Shown piece after piece: positions 25,893 through 37,613 of a stretch of 64,000 nt of DNA (position 1 is the first letter of the stretch; the number at the start of each line of letters is the position of its first letter). The position numbers were made by a program, and so were the translations under genes. The stretch comes from Moniliella sp. 'wahieum' (taxonomy: Eukaryota), in the NCBI GenBank assembly GCA_003971905.1, contig RSEE01000016.1, positions 620,001-684,000 on the forward strand, given 5' to 3'. The notes beneath the pieces were generated by a model. It searched no databases. It was not told where the DNA came from and saw only the letters and a list, made by a program, of their open reading frames with translations.

Positions 25893-28330
25893 ATGTCATC
25901 CACTGTGTTTTCTCTTGCGGGCCAAAACCTTAAGCTCGACTCGGCGGAGGACATTCGTCCATACGCCGATCAACTGGCTGCGCTCCCTTCTGTCACCGAA
26001 ATCCACCTCGGCGGCAACACCCTCGGCGTGGCTGCTGCTGAGGCCCTGGCGACCGTGATTGGCACAAAAAGACGCTCAAGGTATGCTATCCCTCTTTTTT
26101 TCCTTGGCGGGAAAGATGGAGCGAGCTGCTGACTTCTTTCCCTTCGCTCTTTGGCTAGGTTGCCGACTTTGCCGACATTTTTACTGGGCGCCTCATTTCA
26201 GAAATCCCAGATGCGCTTCGGGCGCTGTGTAGTGCTTTCGCCCACCTCATCCCTCCGGTGGTGCGTTGGAAGAGGTCGACCTGTCGGACAATGCGTTTGG
26301 TGGGCGCAGCGTTGAGCCTCTCGTTCCACTCCTCGAGCTTTCGCCTTACATCAAGGTGCTAAAACTGGGCAACAATGGGCTTGGCCCTGAGGGCGGTGCG
26401 GTCGTGGCTGATGCGTTGACGCGAGGTGCGGAGGAGGCGAGGTTGAAGGGGTCTCCATCTCAGTTGCGAGTGATCGTCTGCGGGCGGAACCGACTCGAGG
26501 ATGGCAGTTCGTCCCAACTGGGCCAAAGCACTGGCGAGCCATGGCGCACTGGAGGAGGTGCGGCTGTACCAGAATGGGATTCGGATGAAGGGCATCGAAA
26601 CGATTGTCTTGGATGGCTTGGCGAAGAACCTCAACCTGCGTATCATTGATCTCCAGGACAACACCGCCACTCTTCGGGGCGCCCGGGCTGTGGCCAAGGC
26701 GCTTCCCAACTGGCCGCACCTCACTGAACTTCAACTGAGTGAGACGCTACTTCGCCCGCGCGGGGGACGAATGGTGATCGAATCTCTGTCCAAGGGGTAC
26801 AAGGCGATGACCAAGATTGGCCTGGCATTTTGTGACTTGGGTCCGGACAGCATTGCCGGTCTGTCAGACGTGGTGCGGGTCATGCCGGCGCTGGAACATG
26901 TGGACGTGAACGGCAACTTTGCTGAGGAGGATGGGGCTGAGCTGGAAGCACTCCGTGATGCGCTGGAGGCCATTGGGCGAGCGGATGCGTTGGCCGAGAC
27001 GGACGAGATGGACCCAGAAGGTCTGGAGGAACTCTCCGAAGATGAGGACATTAGCGATCGCGAAAGTGAAGACGAAGCCGAGGCCCAAGAGCCTCCTCCT
27101 GCCCCCGTTGATGAGGACGACGAGCTGGCAAAGCAGCTTGGTGCTGTTGGTTTGAACGATGTCAAGCCGTCTGCTGTCTTCAGCTTGGCTGGGCAGGGGC
27201 TCAGGCTCGATTCTGCTGCTGACATGGAGCCGCATCTCAAGTTGTTACGTTCCCAGCAAGGCGTGGAGGAGATCATCCTGTCGGGAAACACGATTGGGGT
27301 AGGTGCCGCTGAGGCACTGGCAGAAGTTATCAAAACCTTGCCGACGCTCAAGAAAGTCAACTTGGCCGACATTTTCACTGGCCGTCTGATTTCTGAGATT
27401 CCTGATGCTCTCCGGGCTCTGTGCTTGGCCCTCACGAGCATTGTCCCACCCCATGGGAGCTTGGAGGAAGTGGACTTGTCGGACAACGCGTTTGGCGGTA
27501 GATCGGTGGAGCCATTGGTGCCTCTTTTGGAAGTGGCGCATTCGCTGCGTGTGCTCAAGCTGGGCAACAATGGCCTCGGTCCCGAGGGAGGCGCTGTCGT
27601 GGCCAATGCACTGGCCCGTGGGGCCCAGCAGGCTCGCAAAGATGGACAAACGTCCAAGTTGAAGGTCCTCATTTGCGGCAGGAACCGTTTGGAGAATGGT
27701 AGTGCTGCAGCCTGGGCTACTGCTCTGTCAGCTCATGGTGAGCTGGAAGAGGTACGGCTGTACCAGAACGGAATCCGTATGGAGGGGATCGAGACCATTG
27801 TCTCCGCCGGTCTGGCTGTCAACAAGACCCTCAAGGTGGTGGATCTGCAGGACAACACGGCGACGCTGCGGGGAGCCAAGGCGGTGGCCAAGGCCTTGCA
27901 ACAGTGGCCTGAGCTGGAGGAGGAACTGCAATTGAGTGAGACGCTCTTGCGTCCCAAGGGTGCGGCTTTGGTTGTTGAGGCCCTCCGCACTGGCGGACAC
28001 AAGAACTTGCGTCGGCTTGGCCTTGCGTTCTGTGACGTGCCTGCTTCGACATTGGCCACTCTTTCGCCTTTGATCAAGGAGCACAAATGGGCCCTCGAGC
28101 ACATTGATGTGAATGGGAACTTTGCCGAGGAAGAGGGCCCGGAGATCGAGTCTTTGCGAGAAGCTCTTGCATCTATTGGGGGGGAACATGCTTTGGCAGA
28201 CACGGACGAAATGGACCCTGAGGGAGAAGACGACCTGTCGAGCGACGAAGATGTCTCCGACCACGAGGATGACACAGAACCGGCACCTGCTCCTGAGGTG
28301 AGCAAGGCGGTAACTTCGGCGTCCAAGTAA
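25893..28330 (+). CDS. RNA1: Ran GTPase-activating protein with two tandem LRR RanGAP domains; intron 26081-26158 (possible extra terminal exon to about 28529)
   Basis: Each of two copies has VFSLAGQ.L.LDSA, GNT.GV.AAEALA, ADIFTGRLISEIP, VDLSDNAFG, LGNNGLGPEGG, CGRNRLE.G, QNGIR, DLQDNT and an acidic tail. The junction is read through in a single 609-aa ORF (26501-28330). Confidence 0.93.
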
Positions 28331-28578
28331 TCGTGACGGTCTTTTGCCTGTTACCTATTAATCACCTACCTATCCTCCGTTACCCACATCATCACCCTGA
28401 CGCCACTGGACTGTCGTGTTTTTCCTGTTGCTCATGCCTACCTGGACCCTTTAGGGTCTGCCAGCATGATGCAGATTGCTCGTTGAAGAATTGGCACTGA
28501 AGAATAGCCGGACGGTTGTAGTAGATTGAATGATGGCAGCCGAAAGAGAAGACAAATGCAATGTCCACGTAGTGTCAC

Positions 28579-29538
28579 TCAGGCAAACACGACCGTCTTT
28601 GCGCCGTTGGGCAGGACGCGGTGCTCAGCCATCCAGCGTACGGCGCGGCTGAGCACGCGGGCTTCAATGTCCGCACCAATCTGTACCAGATCGGAGGGAG
28701 AATCCGAGTGAGCCACACGTTCCACGTCCTGCTCGATAATTGGCCCCTCATCCAGATCGGCAGTGACGAGATGGGCAGTAGCACCAATGATCTTGACCCC
28801 ACGGTCGTATGCCTGATGGTAAGGCTTGGCGCCCTTGAAGGAGGGAAGGAAGGAGTGATGAATGTTGATAATCTGACCCGAGAGGGCCGTACAAAGCTTA
28901 TCGCTCAAAATTTGCATGTAGCGTGCCAGCACGACGAGCTCAACGTCATATTTCTTGACCAGCGCCATAAGTTCTCTTCTTGCCACTCCTTCGTTTTCCC
29001 CGAAGCGACATCAATCGGGAGGTGGTAAAAGGGAATTCCATGCCGCTCCGCCAGCGACTGGTACGTCGCATGGTTCGAGACAATCAGTGGGATATCAATA
29101 GGCAGCGTGCCCGAACTGTGGCGGAAAAGAAGGTCATTAAGGCAGTGACCAATCTTGCTGACCATGATGAGTGTACGGGGGCGAGCATCAGCGCGGTGAA
29201 GGTGGAAGTTGACGTCGTAGGGACTGGCCAAGAAACGGGCAAAGTCGCCTCGGAGCTCGGCCATGCGGGCTTCGCGCATCGTCTCAGCCTCTGCCGGGTC
29301 AGAGGGAGTAGCACCGCGAGGAAGCAGCCCCGTGGCATGAACGCGCATGAAGAACCGATTTGTCGTGGGATCGCCAAACTGATCCGAGTTGATAATTAAA
29401 GCCACGCTGGGCCAAAAAGCCTGTGACAGCATAAACTATGCCGCTCTGGTCTGGGCAAGCGAGCGTCAAGATAATGTTGTTCACCTCAGGGTTCTGCTTG
29501 CGCTTTGGGTTGGCGGTCGTCTTGGACGGCTTGGGCAG
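28579..29538 (-). CDS. purU: Formyltetrahydrofolate deformylase (ACT + formyltransferase domains); start codon unresolved
   Basis: [105 protein letters not shown] and KTVVF. No introns seen. Confidence 0.93.
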
Positions 29539-30636
29539 GGGCGAGGGAAGGAAGGAAGGGGGAAGAAAGAGAAGACTTCAGGTCCTCCGCGTCCTTCTTT
29601 TGTCGCTGCGCTTGCTCCAGATGGCTTTCTGGGTGTTCGAGATCGGCCAAAGAGCGGATGGAGCGGGCCAGAATGGAAATTGAGCAAGCTGAGGTGCAGC
29701 GATTGCCCTGGAGGGTAGAGCGCGCACCGCAGAAGAAGGAATGCGGCAGGAAGCCGCCAGCACACGGGAAGAAAGCAGGTCATCATCATTGCTCCAGAGA
29801 GGAGTGAACGAAGAATGGCCAGGAAGTTGGTGGTGGTGAAGGTTATGATGGCGATAGTACCCAGAGTCACTTGCACGGAGATAGGCCACCATTTCTCCGC
29901 CGAAGAAAAAAACTCACCGACCTGCCGTCCCGTGTTGCGCACATATCGTCGGCAGATACTGCCGACGTTTTAAAAAAGGAAAAGCTGGCGCTCCAGCACA
30001 TCCACCAACATGCTGCATGAATCGCCTCCACGACTCCCATCTACCCATTCATCGGTTCTGGTACCTGCGAACGCCTTTCTCACCAAAGTGTAGATCGGTT
30101 ACATTGGTGCAAATCTGCTACTCGTAGATCATAAAGCGCCGCGAGAATAGTAGGTGAGAGATGGGCTGCTGCAAGACAGCCAACAGGGGAAATCTTGTGA
30201 AGCTTGAAGGGCCTGAAGAAGACATTGGGGGGGTGCAGTCTGGGATCAAGGTAGCGAGCACTTGCGTCTTGCGCTTCCCACTGGTACTGATCGATGATCG
30301 ATGATCGAGATGAGATACCCAGCCAGGCCAGCCCGTCGGCCCTGATCCAGACCGAGTACGAAAGTGTGCAACTGAGTAGTACACTGACATCTGACACTGA
30401 CGCGTGACGGACGTTGGCGGCGCGGCAATTAATTGGTCCGCTGTTCCAGCACTAATAATCCACGTCGGCGGCCAGGGCGGTTGTGCTGGGTTCGGGCGCA
30501 ATAATAAGCCACTACACTTGGCCTGTGCCAGGGGGGCACACGCAACCCTACGTTGCTTGTTCCAGCAACGCACATCTTCTGGGCCCTCCCGTCCAACGCA
30601 CACCATACCCTCCCCATCCACGTATCCATCAACGCC

Positions 30637-31472
30637 ATGTCCGCCGACAAGCTGCCCCAGGTGCTCAACATCACTGAGGAGGAGGTCAAGCTCTTCCTGG
30701 CTGCCCAGACCCACATTGGCACCACCAATGTGACCAAGGACATGGAGTCCTACATCTACAAGCGCCGTGCTGACGGCGTGCAGCTGATCAACCTCAACAA
30801 GACGTGGAGCAAGATCGTCCTCGCTGCCCGCATCCTTGCTGCTGTCGAGAACCCTGCCGACATTTGCGTCATCTCCGGTCGCCAGTACGGCCAGCGTGCT
30901 GTGCTCAAGTTCGCCTCGAACACGGGCGCTACTGCGATTGCCGGCCGCTTCACCCCCGGTACCTTCACCAACTACATTGTCCGCTCCTACAAGGAGCCCC
31001 GCGTCATTGTTGTCACCGACCCCCGCGTTGACCACCAAGCCATCCGCGAGGCGTCCTACGTCAACATCCCCGTCATTGCCTTTGCCGACGCTGACGCTCC
31101 CCTCAAGTTTGTCGACGTGGCTATTCCCGGCAACAACAAGGGCAAGCACTCGGTCGGCCTTCTCTGGTGGCTCCTCTGCCGTGAGGTCCTCCGCCTCAAG
31201 GGCACTGTCTCGCGCACTGAGCCGTGGAGTGTCATGACCGACATGTTCTTCTACCGTGACCCCCAGGAGATCGAGGCTGAGCAGCAGGCTGCTGCCGACG
31301 CCAAGGCCGCTGCCGAGCGTGAGGCCGAGGCTGGCGAGCTTGGCGAAGTCTCCCTGCCACGAGCGCCCCCGAGGCTGCCGCGCTCGACTGGAGCGAGCAG
31401 GCCACCGGCGCTCAGGACTGGGCCGCTGACGCTGCCCCCGCTGTCCAGCAGCCCATCACCTCTTGGGAGTAA
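30637..31472 (+). CDS. RPS0: 40S ribosomal protein S0 (uS2), intronless
   Basis: [86 protein letters not shown] and DMFFYRDP. An acidic DW-containing tail ending TSWE* follows a frameshift near 31355. Confidence 0.98.
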
Positions 31473-33424
31473 GTGTCTCCCCGGGAGACTGGGAAGAACC
31501 AACTCGATAGGCCTGTCCGTCCTTTTCCGGTGTGACGGTCTGTTGAGTGTCTTAAGCCATGGCGACGGTGACGTCTCAACGGCCAATCATCTTCCCTGCA
31601 CGCCCTTGCTTCAACTCTCTGCCGTGAGATGGTGCAGGATCATGTCCGTTTGGAACCCCCAAAATATGCATGCCTCATGCCCATGTTCGCTAGTAGCCCA
31701 GTCTGTAGGAAACGTCCCCGGGCTCTCAATTGTCCTGAAACGTGGTCTTGCACACTCATTGCTAGTACCGTTCGCGCCAGTACACTGACCTGCGGAACCC
31801 AACGCTTGCCTCGTACTTGCCTCTGTCACCAGCTATCAGCCAGTTCTTACAAGATGTGCCATGTGCCTTGCGTGCCCATGCCCGTGCCTTCCGTGTGACC
31901 CGAAGCTCAATGCCAGCTTGACGCGTGCTACAGCTCTGCCCAAGAGGCCTATCCCATATGGATTTTTTTCTGCCCGCCAGACCATATTCTTTAACCTCTG
32001 TCAATGATATATGGATGCAGAGTAGAGATCCAATCGCTTACGTGTATCCCGTGCAACGTCTAGTATACCAATCCATACCTCTTCTGGCCCATACTACGGA
32101 AAAGAAGCAACATAGTAGACGCAAAAGTACTAAAGGTGCCCGTTGGATTCGGGGACGCACAGTGTATGTCTGTAGCATCTTCCAGCCGACGGAGGAGGCG
32201 CTTTTCCTTGCAAATTGCAAAGCAGTACAGAGCGACCGTGTATAGCGGGTGGAGCGCGCGCGGGGCCACAGGGTATGTGCCACGTTTCCGATGGCGGGGT
32301 TGGGCATGGGGGCGGTGCTTATTTACAGGGGCCGAGCTGCTCCAGGCTGCTCCACACTCTGACAAGTTGGAGCTCCTGGGTGGGCAAAAGGCACCAAAGC
32401 GCTTGTCGCTCTCGCTCCTGAAACATCATTATGCACCTCTGTTGCCTCCCTCTCGCCTTGGCATCATGCATCACACCTCACGACGATCTCAGTGCCGAGT
32501 ACCCGCAGGTCTCTCGCCCCCACGTATCATGCATGGCTGTGGTGCCTAATTCATACTATTGTATAACGCGCTAAACGAGTCGAAGAGCCCTTCATCGTGG
32601 CCTTATTTGTACTCACTGCAATGAGTACTGAAACTGACCTGAACACACCCCGGCAGATCATTAGGATTCTCGCGAGCAGCGTCAACAAAATAGCCCAACA
32701 GCACCACCAATAGGGGGAGGGGGGAAGTGTTCCTTGTTTCAACGAAGCAGAAGGGGGGCGAGCATACGAGTCTTACTTCGAAAGAGATACCCTGTTCTTT
32801 ACTAACGCCGCCTGAGATTGAGAAAAGATAAGAGGCGCGATCAATGTGAAGAGCGATCGATGACAGGCCGTTCCGGTACCGATTGTACAGGACCTGCGGG
32901 CGTCAGACTTGAAGCTTGAAGCTTGAGCGCCTTGAGCCTCAAGAGTTCCTACGTTGTTCCTACAATCCTGGTAATCTCGTGGCGTTGCAACATGTGGTGT
33001 TCGCGTACCCTACGTTCCTATGTTGTGAGGAGGGCTAGGGGAAGAGACATGCTATTCACAGGCGTCTCATCACTTGTACCTCTTGCGCCTATAGAGACCC
33101 ACGTTCTATTGCCACCCCCCCACCTCCACCTCCCCTCCCACACTCTTTACCTTACACGTTCTTTTCTTTTCTTTTCTTCCCTTCCCTTCCCTTCCCCCGC
33201 CCCTTCCCTCCCGCTCCCACCACCAACGTGCAACACAGATCCATCGAGTCTCATCCCACTAAGAGCTGGCCTCAAGAGTGAGTGACACTACCCCTCTCGC
33301 CCCCTTTTACCCTCTCCAACCCATATCTCAGATCAACCTTTTCACCTCCTGTCGCCCGTTCGCCTACATTGTGTGGCCCACATCACCCTCCTTTTGCCGA
33401 CGTTTGGCGTTACGACTCTCGAAC

Positions 33425-35031
33425 ATGCTAGCCAATCACTTGTCTTGGATTTCCACCCTCATTCTCGCCCTCGCCCTTGTGTATGCCCCCTGCGCTGCAG
33501 CGCACCAAGACTCCCTCCACCATCGTCCCAGCCACTTGCGTAGGGCCAAAGCGGTGTACCCCAACGTGACTGTACCCCACCATAATCGTTTGTCGGGCTA
33601 CGTTCGCCCAGGCGCGGTTGTTCCCCAAGGTCATGGATCTCTCACCAGAGCAAAGGCGCTCGGCCGACCGAGCCGCCATGAGACAGAGCAGGATCCCTCT
33701 TCACTTCTCTCGCACCAACAGAAGCGGGGGGGAAAGAAATACCGAGGCGTGAATTTGGGAGGGTGGTTTGTGCTTGAGGCATGGATGACCCCGTCCATCT
33801 TTAGCCAGTTTAGTGATTCGCGCGTGGTGGATGAGTGGACGTTGGGGCAGTACGTCCCGCACAATAAGGCGGTTCCTATTCTCCAATCACACTGGGATAG
33901 CTGGCTGCAAGAGACGGATTTCGAGCAGATGAGTCAAGCGGGGCTTAACCTGGTTCGCATCCCTTGGGTACTGGATGTGGGACAAGGACAGTGCCAATGA
34001 GCCGTATGTCATCGCGAATCAGACGGCTTATCTCAAGCGCGGAATCCATTGGGCGAAGAAGTACGGCTTGGAGGTCATGATTGATCTGCATGGCGTGCCT
34101 GGATCGCAGAATGGCTTTGACACCTCGGGCACACCAAAGAGACGTTCAACTTCCACGATTCGCCTGTCAATGCGCAACGTGCTGTGCGTGTCCTCAAACA
34201 TATTGCCCGCGAGTTCTCCCAACCAGAGTTCAAAGATACGGTAACGATGATTGAGGTTATTAACGAACCGTTGTGCGACCGTTCGGATGAATTGCTAGAC
34301 TATGTGGTTCAATACTACCACGACGCGTACACGGCTATTCGGCAAGTTGCTGGGAACGACATGAAGTCGTTTTGGCAGACGGATTTCTCCCGCTGTCACA
34401 GTGGAATCAGATTTTGGCCAACACGAGTTGGTCCAACGTCTTGATCGACACTCATGCCTATCTTCAGTACTACAATGCCAACTTGGGCCGCGAATCTAGC
34501 ATTCCTTACACCCAAGGTGCTGCGACGAGCGAGTTGTGCTCGTATCAAACCCTCCTCAACAAGAGCAAGTACCCTGTCCTGGTCGGCGAGTTCTCGATGA
34601 GTATGCCGTCTTGCCCCACCTGCTGGTCTACCCCTCTGGCAACATACCCCTTCCTCCAGTCCACCTTCCAGACACAGGCTTCTGTGTTTGAGTCGGCGGC
34701 CGCGGGATGGTCGATGTGGGCATACCGTATTGAGGGTGATGCTCCTGGGTCGTACGAAAGCGGGTTGACCACAGGGTGGATCACCAAGAATTGGGCCAAT
34801 ACAACTTGGCCAAGTGCTGATGACCGAGGTTGTGTGCATACCGAAGATATGTGCTTTCTCTCTTTTTGTTCTTTTCTCGGTTCCCGTAAGCAGTACCTGG
34901 TGTACTACTTCAGTCTATTCCTTTGGACGTGCTGGTCGCGTGTTCTTTTTCATCGCCTCACCCTACCCTCTACTAGTGCCTGGTGCACTGTGTTCTTACC
35001 TTGGGGCGTGCTGGTTGCGTCTTCCTTTTAA
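33425..35031 (+). CDS. Secreted glycoside hydrolase family 5 (exo-beta-1,3-glucanase-like)
   Basis: Signal peptide, propeptide ending in KR, RGVNLGGWFVLEAWMTPS, DEWTL, NLVRIP.GYW, IDLHGVPGSQNGFD, acid/base INEP, DTHAY and nucleophile VGEFS. The C-terminus is uncertain. Confidence 0.9.
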
Positions 35032-35363
35032 TCGTCTGTCTCTGCTGGCCATGGATCGTCGCTACTAATTTTACCTCTGTTTGAACGTGGAGTTCTTGCT
35101 CCTTATCACATTATGGATCGCTATAGCTTGTCCCCCCGTGAACGTGGTTTATTAAACGTTGAGATTCTATGAGTGGACGCACGACATGCACTAATGTCTC
35201 TACTCTCTTGTACTTGCCTTTATCCGAAGAGAAATCTCTCGACGGAAGTAAAGTGAGCCTCGAAATAGGGCGAGAAGAATGACAACGAGTGTTTTGTTTT
35301 GCATAAGGACGCTTAGACTTCGGCCACGTACTGAACAGATCCGAGCTGAGATCCCCAAGCTAG

Positions 35364-36119
35364 CTAAGCCTCCACCTCCACCTCCTCCATTTTCCCACCA
35401 TAATGGGCTTCCGAGACCAAGGAAGAGATACCGCCCTATTTAGAAAAAAGTCAGTGAATGTTGGGCAAATGGGTAGGAGAGGCCTGGGAGAGGGGAAAGC
35501 GCAACGTACAGTAATGATATAGGGTGCTTGTCGTGTTGGCACATCTCCCTCTTCAGCTCTTGGTGCGCCTGGTTCATCCTCTGGGAACTCTTCCGCCTCC
35601 ACGCGGAAGCGTAAGATTTCTCCGCGGCCAAGATAGGCGCGCTCTTCCTTGGGTACGTCCAGTGCGGCCATTTCGTTGTTGCCTTCGAGGCAGCGTCCAG
35701 GTCTTGGTCGGCCGCCTCGTCGACGGCGGCTGTGGAGCCCAGAACCAAGCGTTTTCGGAATGGTCGTATGCTCGTGGTGTGGGTATGAAAGCAGCCGGGA
35801 TGAGAATGTCGTCAAAGAAACCGAGGCTGACTTGATGCCGTGCGGGTCGACGTGGGAGATGCGGCCGACCAGAACTTCTCCGATGGCGGGGCGAACACAA
35901 CGAGGCGGAATTGGGTATGATAGTAGAATTTGCCCGCCCCGCGCACCTTCCTACGCCAGATGAGAGCACGTCGTGCACGCACACGCACAGCCCCACGCCA
36001 GCAATCACCCGGTTGGCATACTGTTCATTGATCGAGGCGACAATCGCTTCGTAGGGGGTGAGACGCTGGGCGGATGCGGGCGCTGCGATCACGTCCTCAA
36101 CCGTTGAGAGAACGAACAT
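35364..36119 (-). CDS. RPC25: RNA polymerase III subunit Rpc25 (RPC8); intron 35436-35509
   Basis: MFVLSTVEDVI, INEQYANRVI.GVGLCVCVHD, GEVLVGRI, VSLGFFDDILIP, W.W, GEILRFRVE.EEF and APYIIT|...GLG...WW. Confidence 0.9.
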
Positions 36120-36362
36120 GTCCGGTGCACTGCCCGGTCCGCACCGCGTCGTGGCGGTCGACGCGATTCGAGAGGAGGGGGTGAGGAAAGGAGGAAAGGG
36201 AGGCGGGGGTGGGCGTGGCCGGGAGGCTCTTCGCTCGGCCGCCGTCGAACTTGTTGACTTCAACGTAGAGACCTCAGTCTGAGGTCTGAGGCCAAAACGT
36301 TGTCGCAACGGGAGTAAAAAAAGCAGCGGACAGCGGACAGTGGGGGATTACCTAATACACAG

Positions 36363-36399
36363 TGGCAACGTTGTATTAATGGCAACGTTGTATTAATGG
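36363..36399. repeat. Perfect 17-bp tandem duplication TGGCAACGTTGTATTAA x2 upstream of RPC25
   Basis: Read directly from the sequence. Confidence 0.9.
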
Positions 36400-36814
36400 T
36401 TGAGAGATGAGAGCATGTCGTGCTTTGGGACGGCTAGCTTTTCCACGTTGTGGGTGTCAGAAACATCACTGGCTTTGCTCCTTCAGACCCCGGGTCCGGG
36501 ACGAAGGAGTAAGAACATCACAGGCTCGGTCTACCTTTCCATATGCGCCTACATCAACAATCGTTCCGTGGAAATAGCCCGCCATTCGCCACCAAGTCCC
36601 AGAAGCGCCGCAAAAGGAAGGTGAGGCTCTGAACACGTATGCAGTTTCCAGAGACCACGTGAGGTACAGCGACCCCATGACACTACATCCATCACCACGC
36701 CACTTGCCCTGATGGACCACCATTCGCATCGGCGATGGCGGTCAAACCAAGCCGGCAAAACTGATCAGAGTTGCACAGCGTGGTGCCGCAACATGCGGCA
36801 GCATCCCGATACCC

Positions 36815-37315
36815 TTAGGCCTTGGTGAAGTAAGACGCGGCACGGCCCATCAGGTGCAGCAGCACAACCGAGAAAACGAAGGCGACCGACAGACCAAGGA
36901 CAACGACAGGGTCGCTGATAGAATCCAGTTAGCCCGCCCATTCTGCACATAAGAGGGAAAGGATGATGAGAACGCACATAACAAGACCAATGTTGTCGTC
37001 AGTGTAGAGCCTGAGCATGGTGTTGGAGCTGCCGCCGGCGCCGGCAGCACGCGTGCTGTTCGGGCGGTTGGCTGCCTGCTGAGCTGCCCTCCGGCTAAAT
37101 CAGACCAGAGCAGGACAAACCGCTATAATGTCAGTATATGGAGTCGTAATGACCAAAGGCAGAGACGTACCGCACGGCAGAGGACTTGCTGGCCGCGAGG
37201 GCAGCGAGGTTGGGTTGCGCACCGGTAGCCTTGGCGTCAGCCTTAGGGCGGGGAAGGAGGAGACACATGTCAGTTCAACGCGACACCGTGCAGCAGCGGG
37301 AAGAAGACGCACCAT
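36815..37315 (-). CDS. SBH1: Sec61 translocon beta subunit; introns 37242-37312, 37095-37170, 36915-36977
   Basis: The spliced ORF is in frame without indels: M|ADAKATGAQPNLAALAASKSSAVR|RRAAQQAANRPNSTRAAGAGGSSNTMLRLYTDDNIGLVI|DPVVVLGLSVAFVFSVVLLHLMGRAASYFTKA*. It is not present in the ORF track. Confidence 0.95.
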
Positions 37316-37613
37316 CGTGTTGGAGTGGAGGGGGCAAGGGGGAGGGAGAAAGACAGGGAGCGGGCGGTGGGACGGACGACGGCGCCCAGCACGCCCACCA
37401 CGCGGAGACGATGAGGTGGAGCCTGGCGTCACGTGTGCGGCGGAAGGGCATTGGAGACGCCCGGGCGGTGATGCCCCCGCGCCGCCCACGCGGTCTTTCC
37501 TACCAGGCATGGGCGGAACCAAGTTTCGGAAGTATGTTTCGGCTGTGCCTTGCCACATACGGGAATCTACTTCCCCCTCGCGTTCCCCCGCCCCACCACC
37601 CCTTGTTTCCGCC

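Noticed and set aside
27130..27180. The two RanGAP halves as separate genes or an assembly duplication
   Set aside because: There is no intergenic space or stop, and heavy synonymous divergence plus the intron difference exclude a read-level duplication.
23696..30439. Exact 14-mer CAATTAATTGGTCC at 23696 and 30426, both in divergent promoters
   Set aside because: Several 14-mer matches are expected by chance in 64 kb, and two copies are not enough to call a motif.
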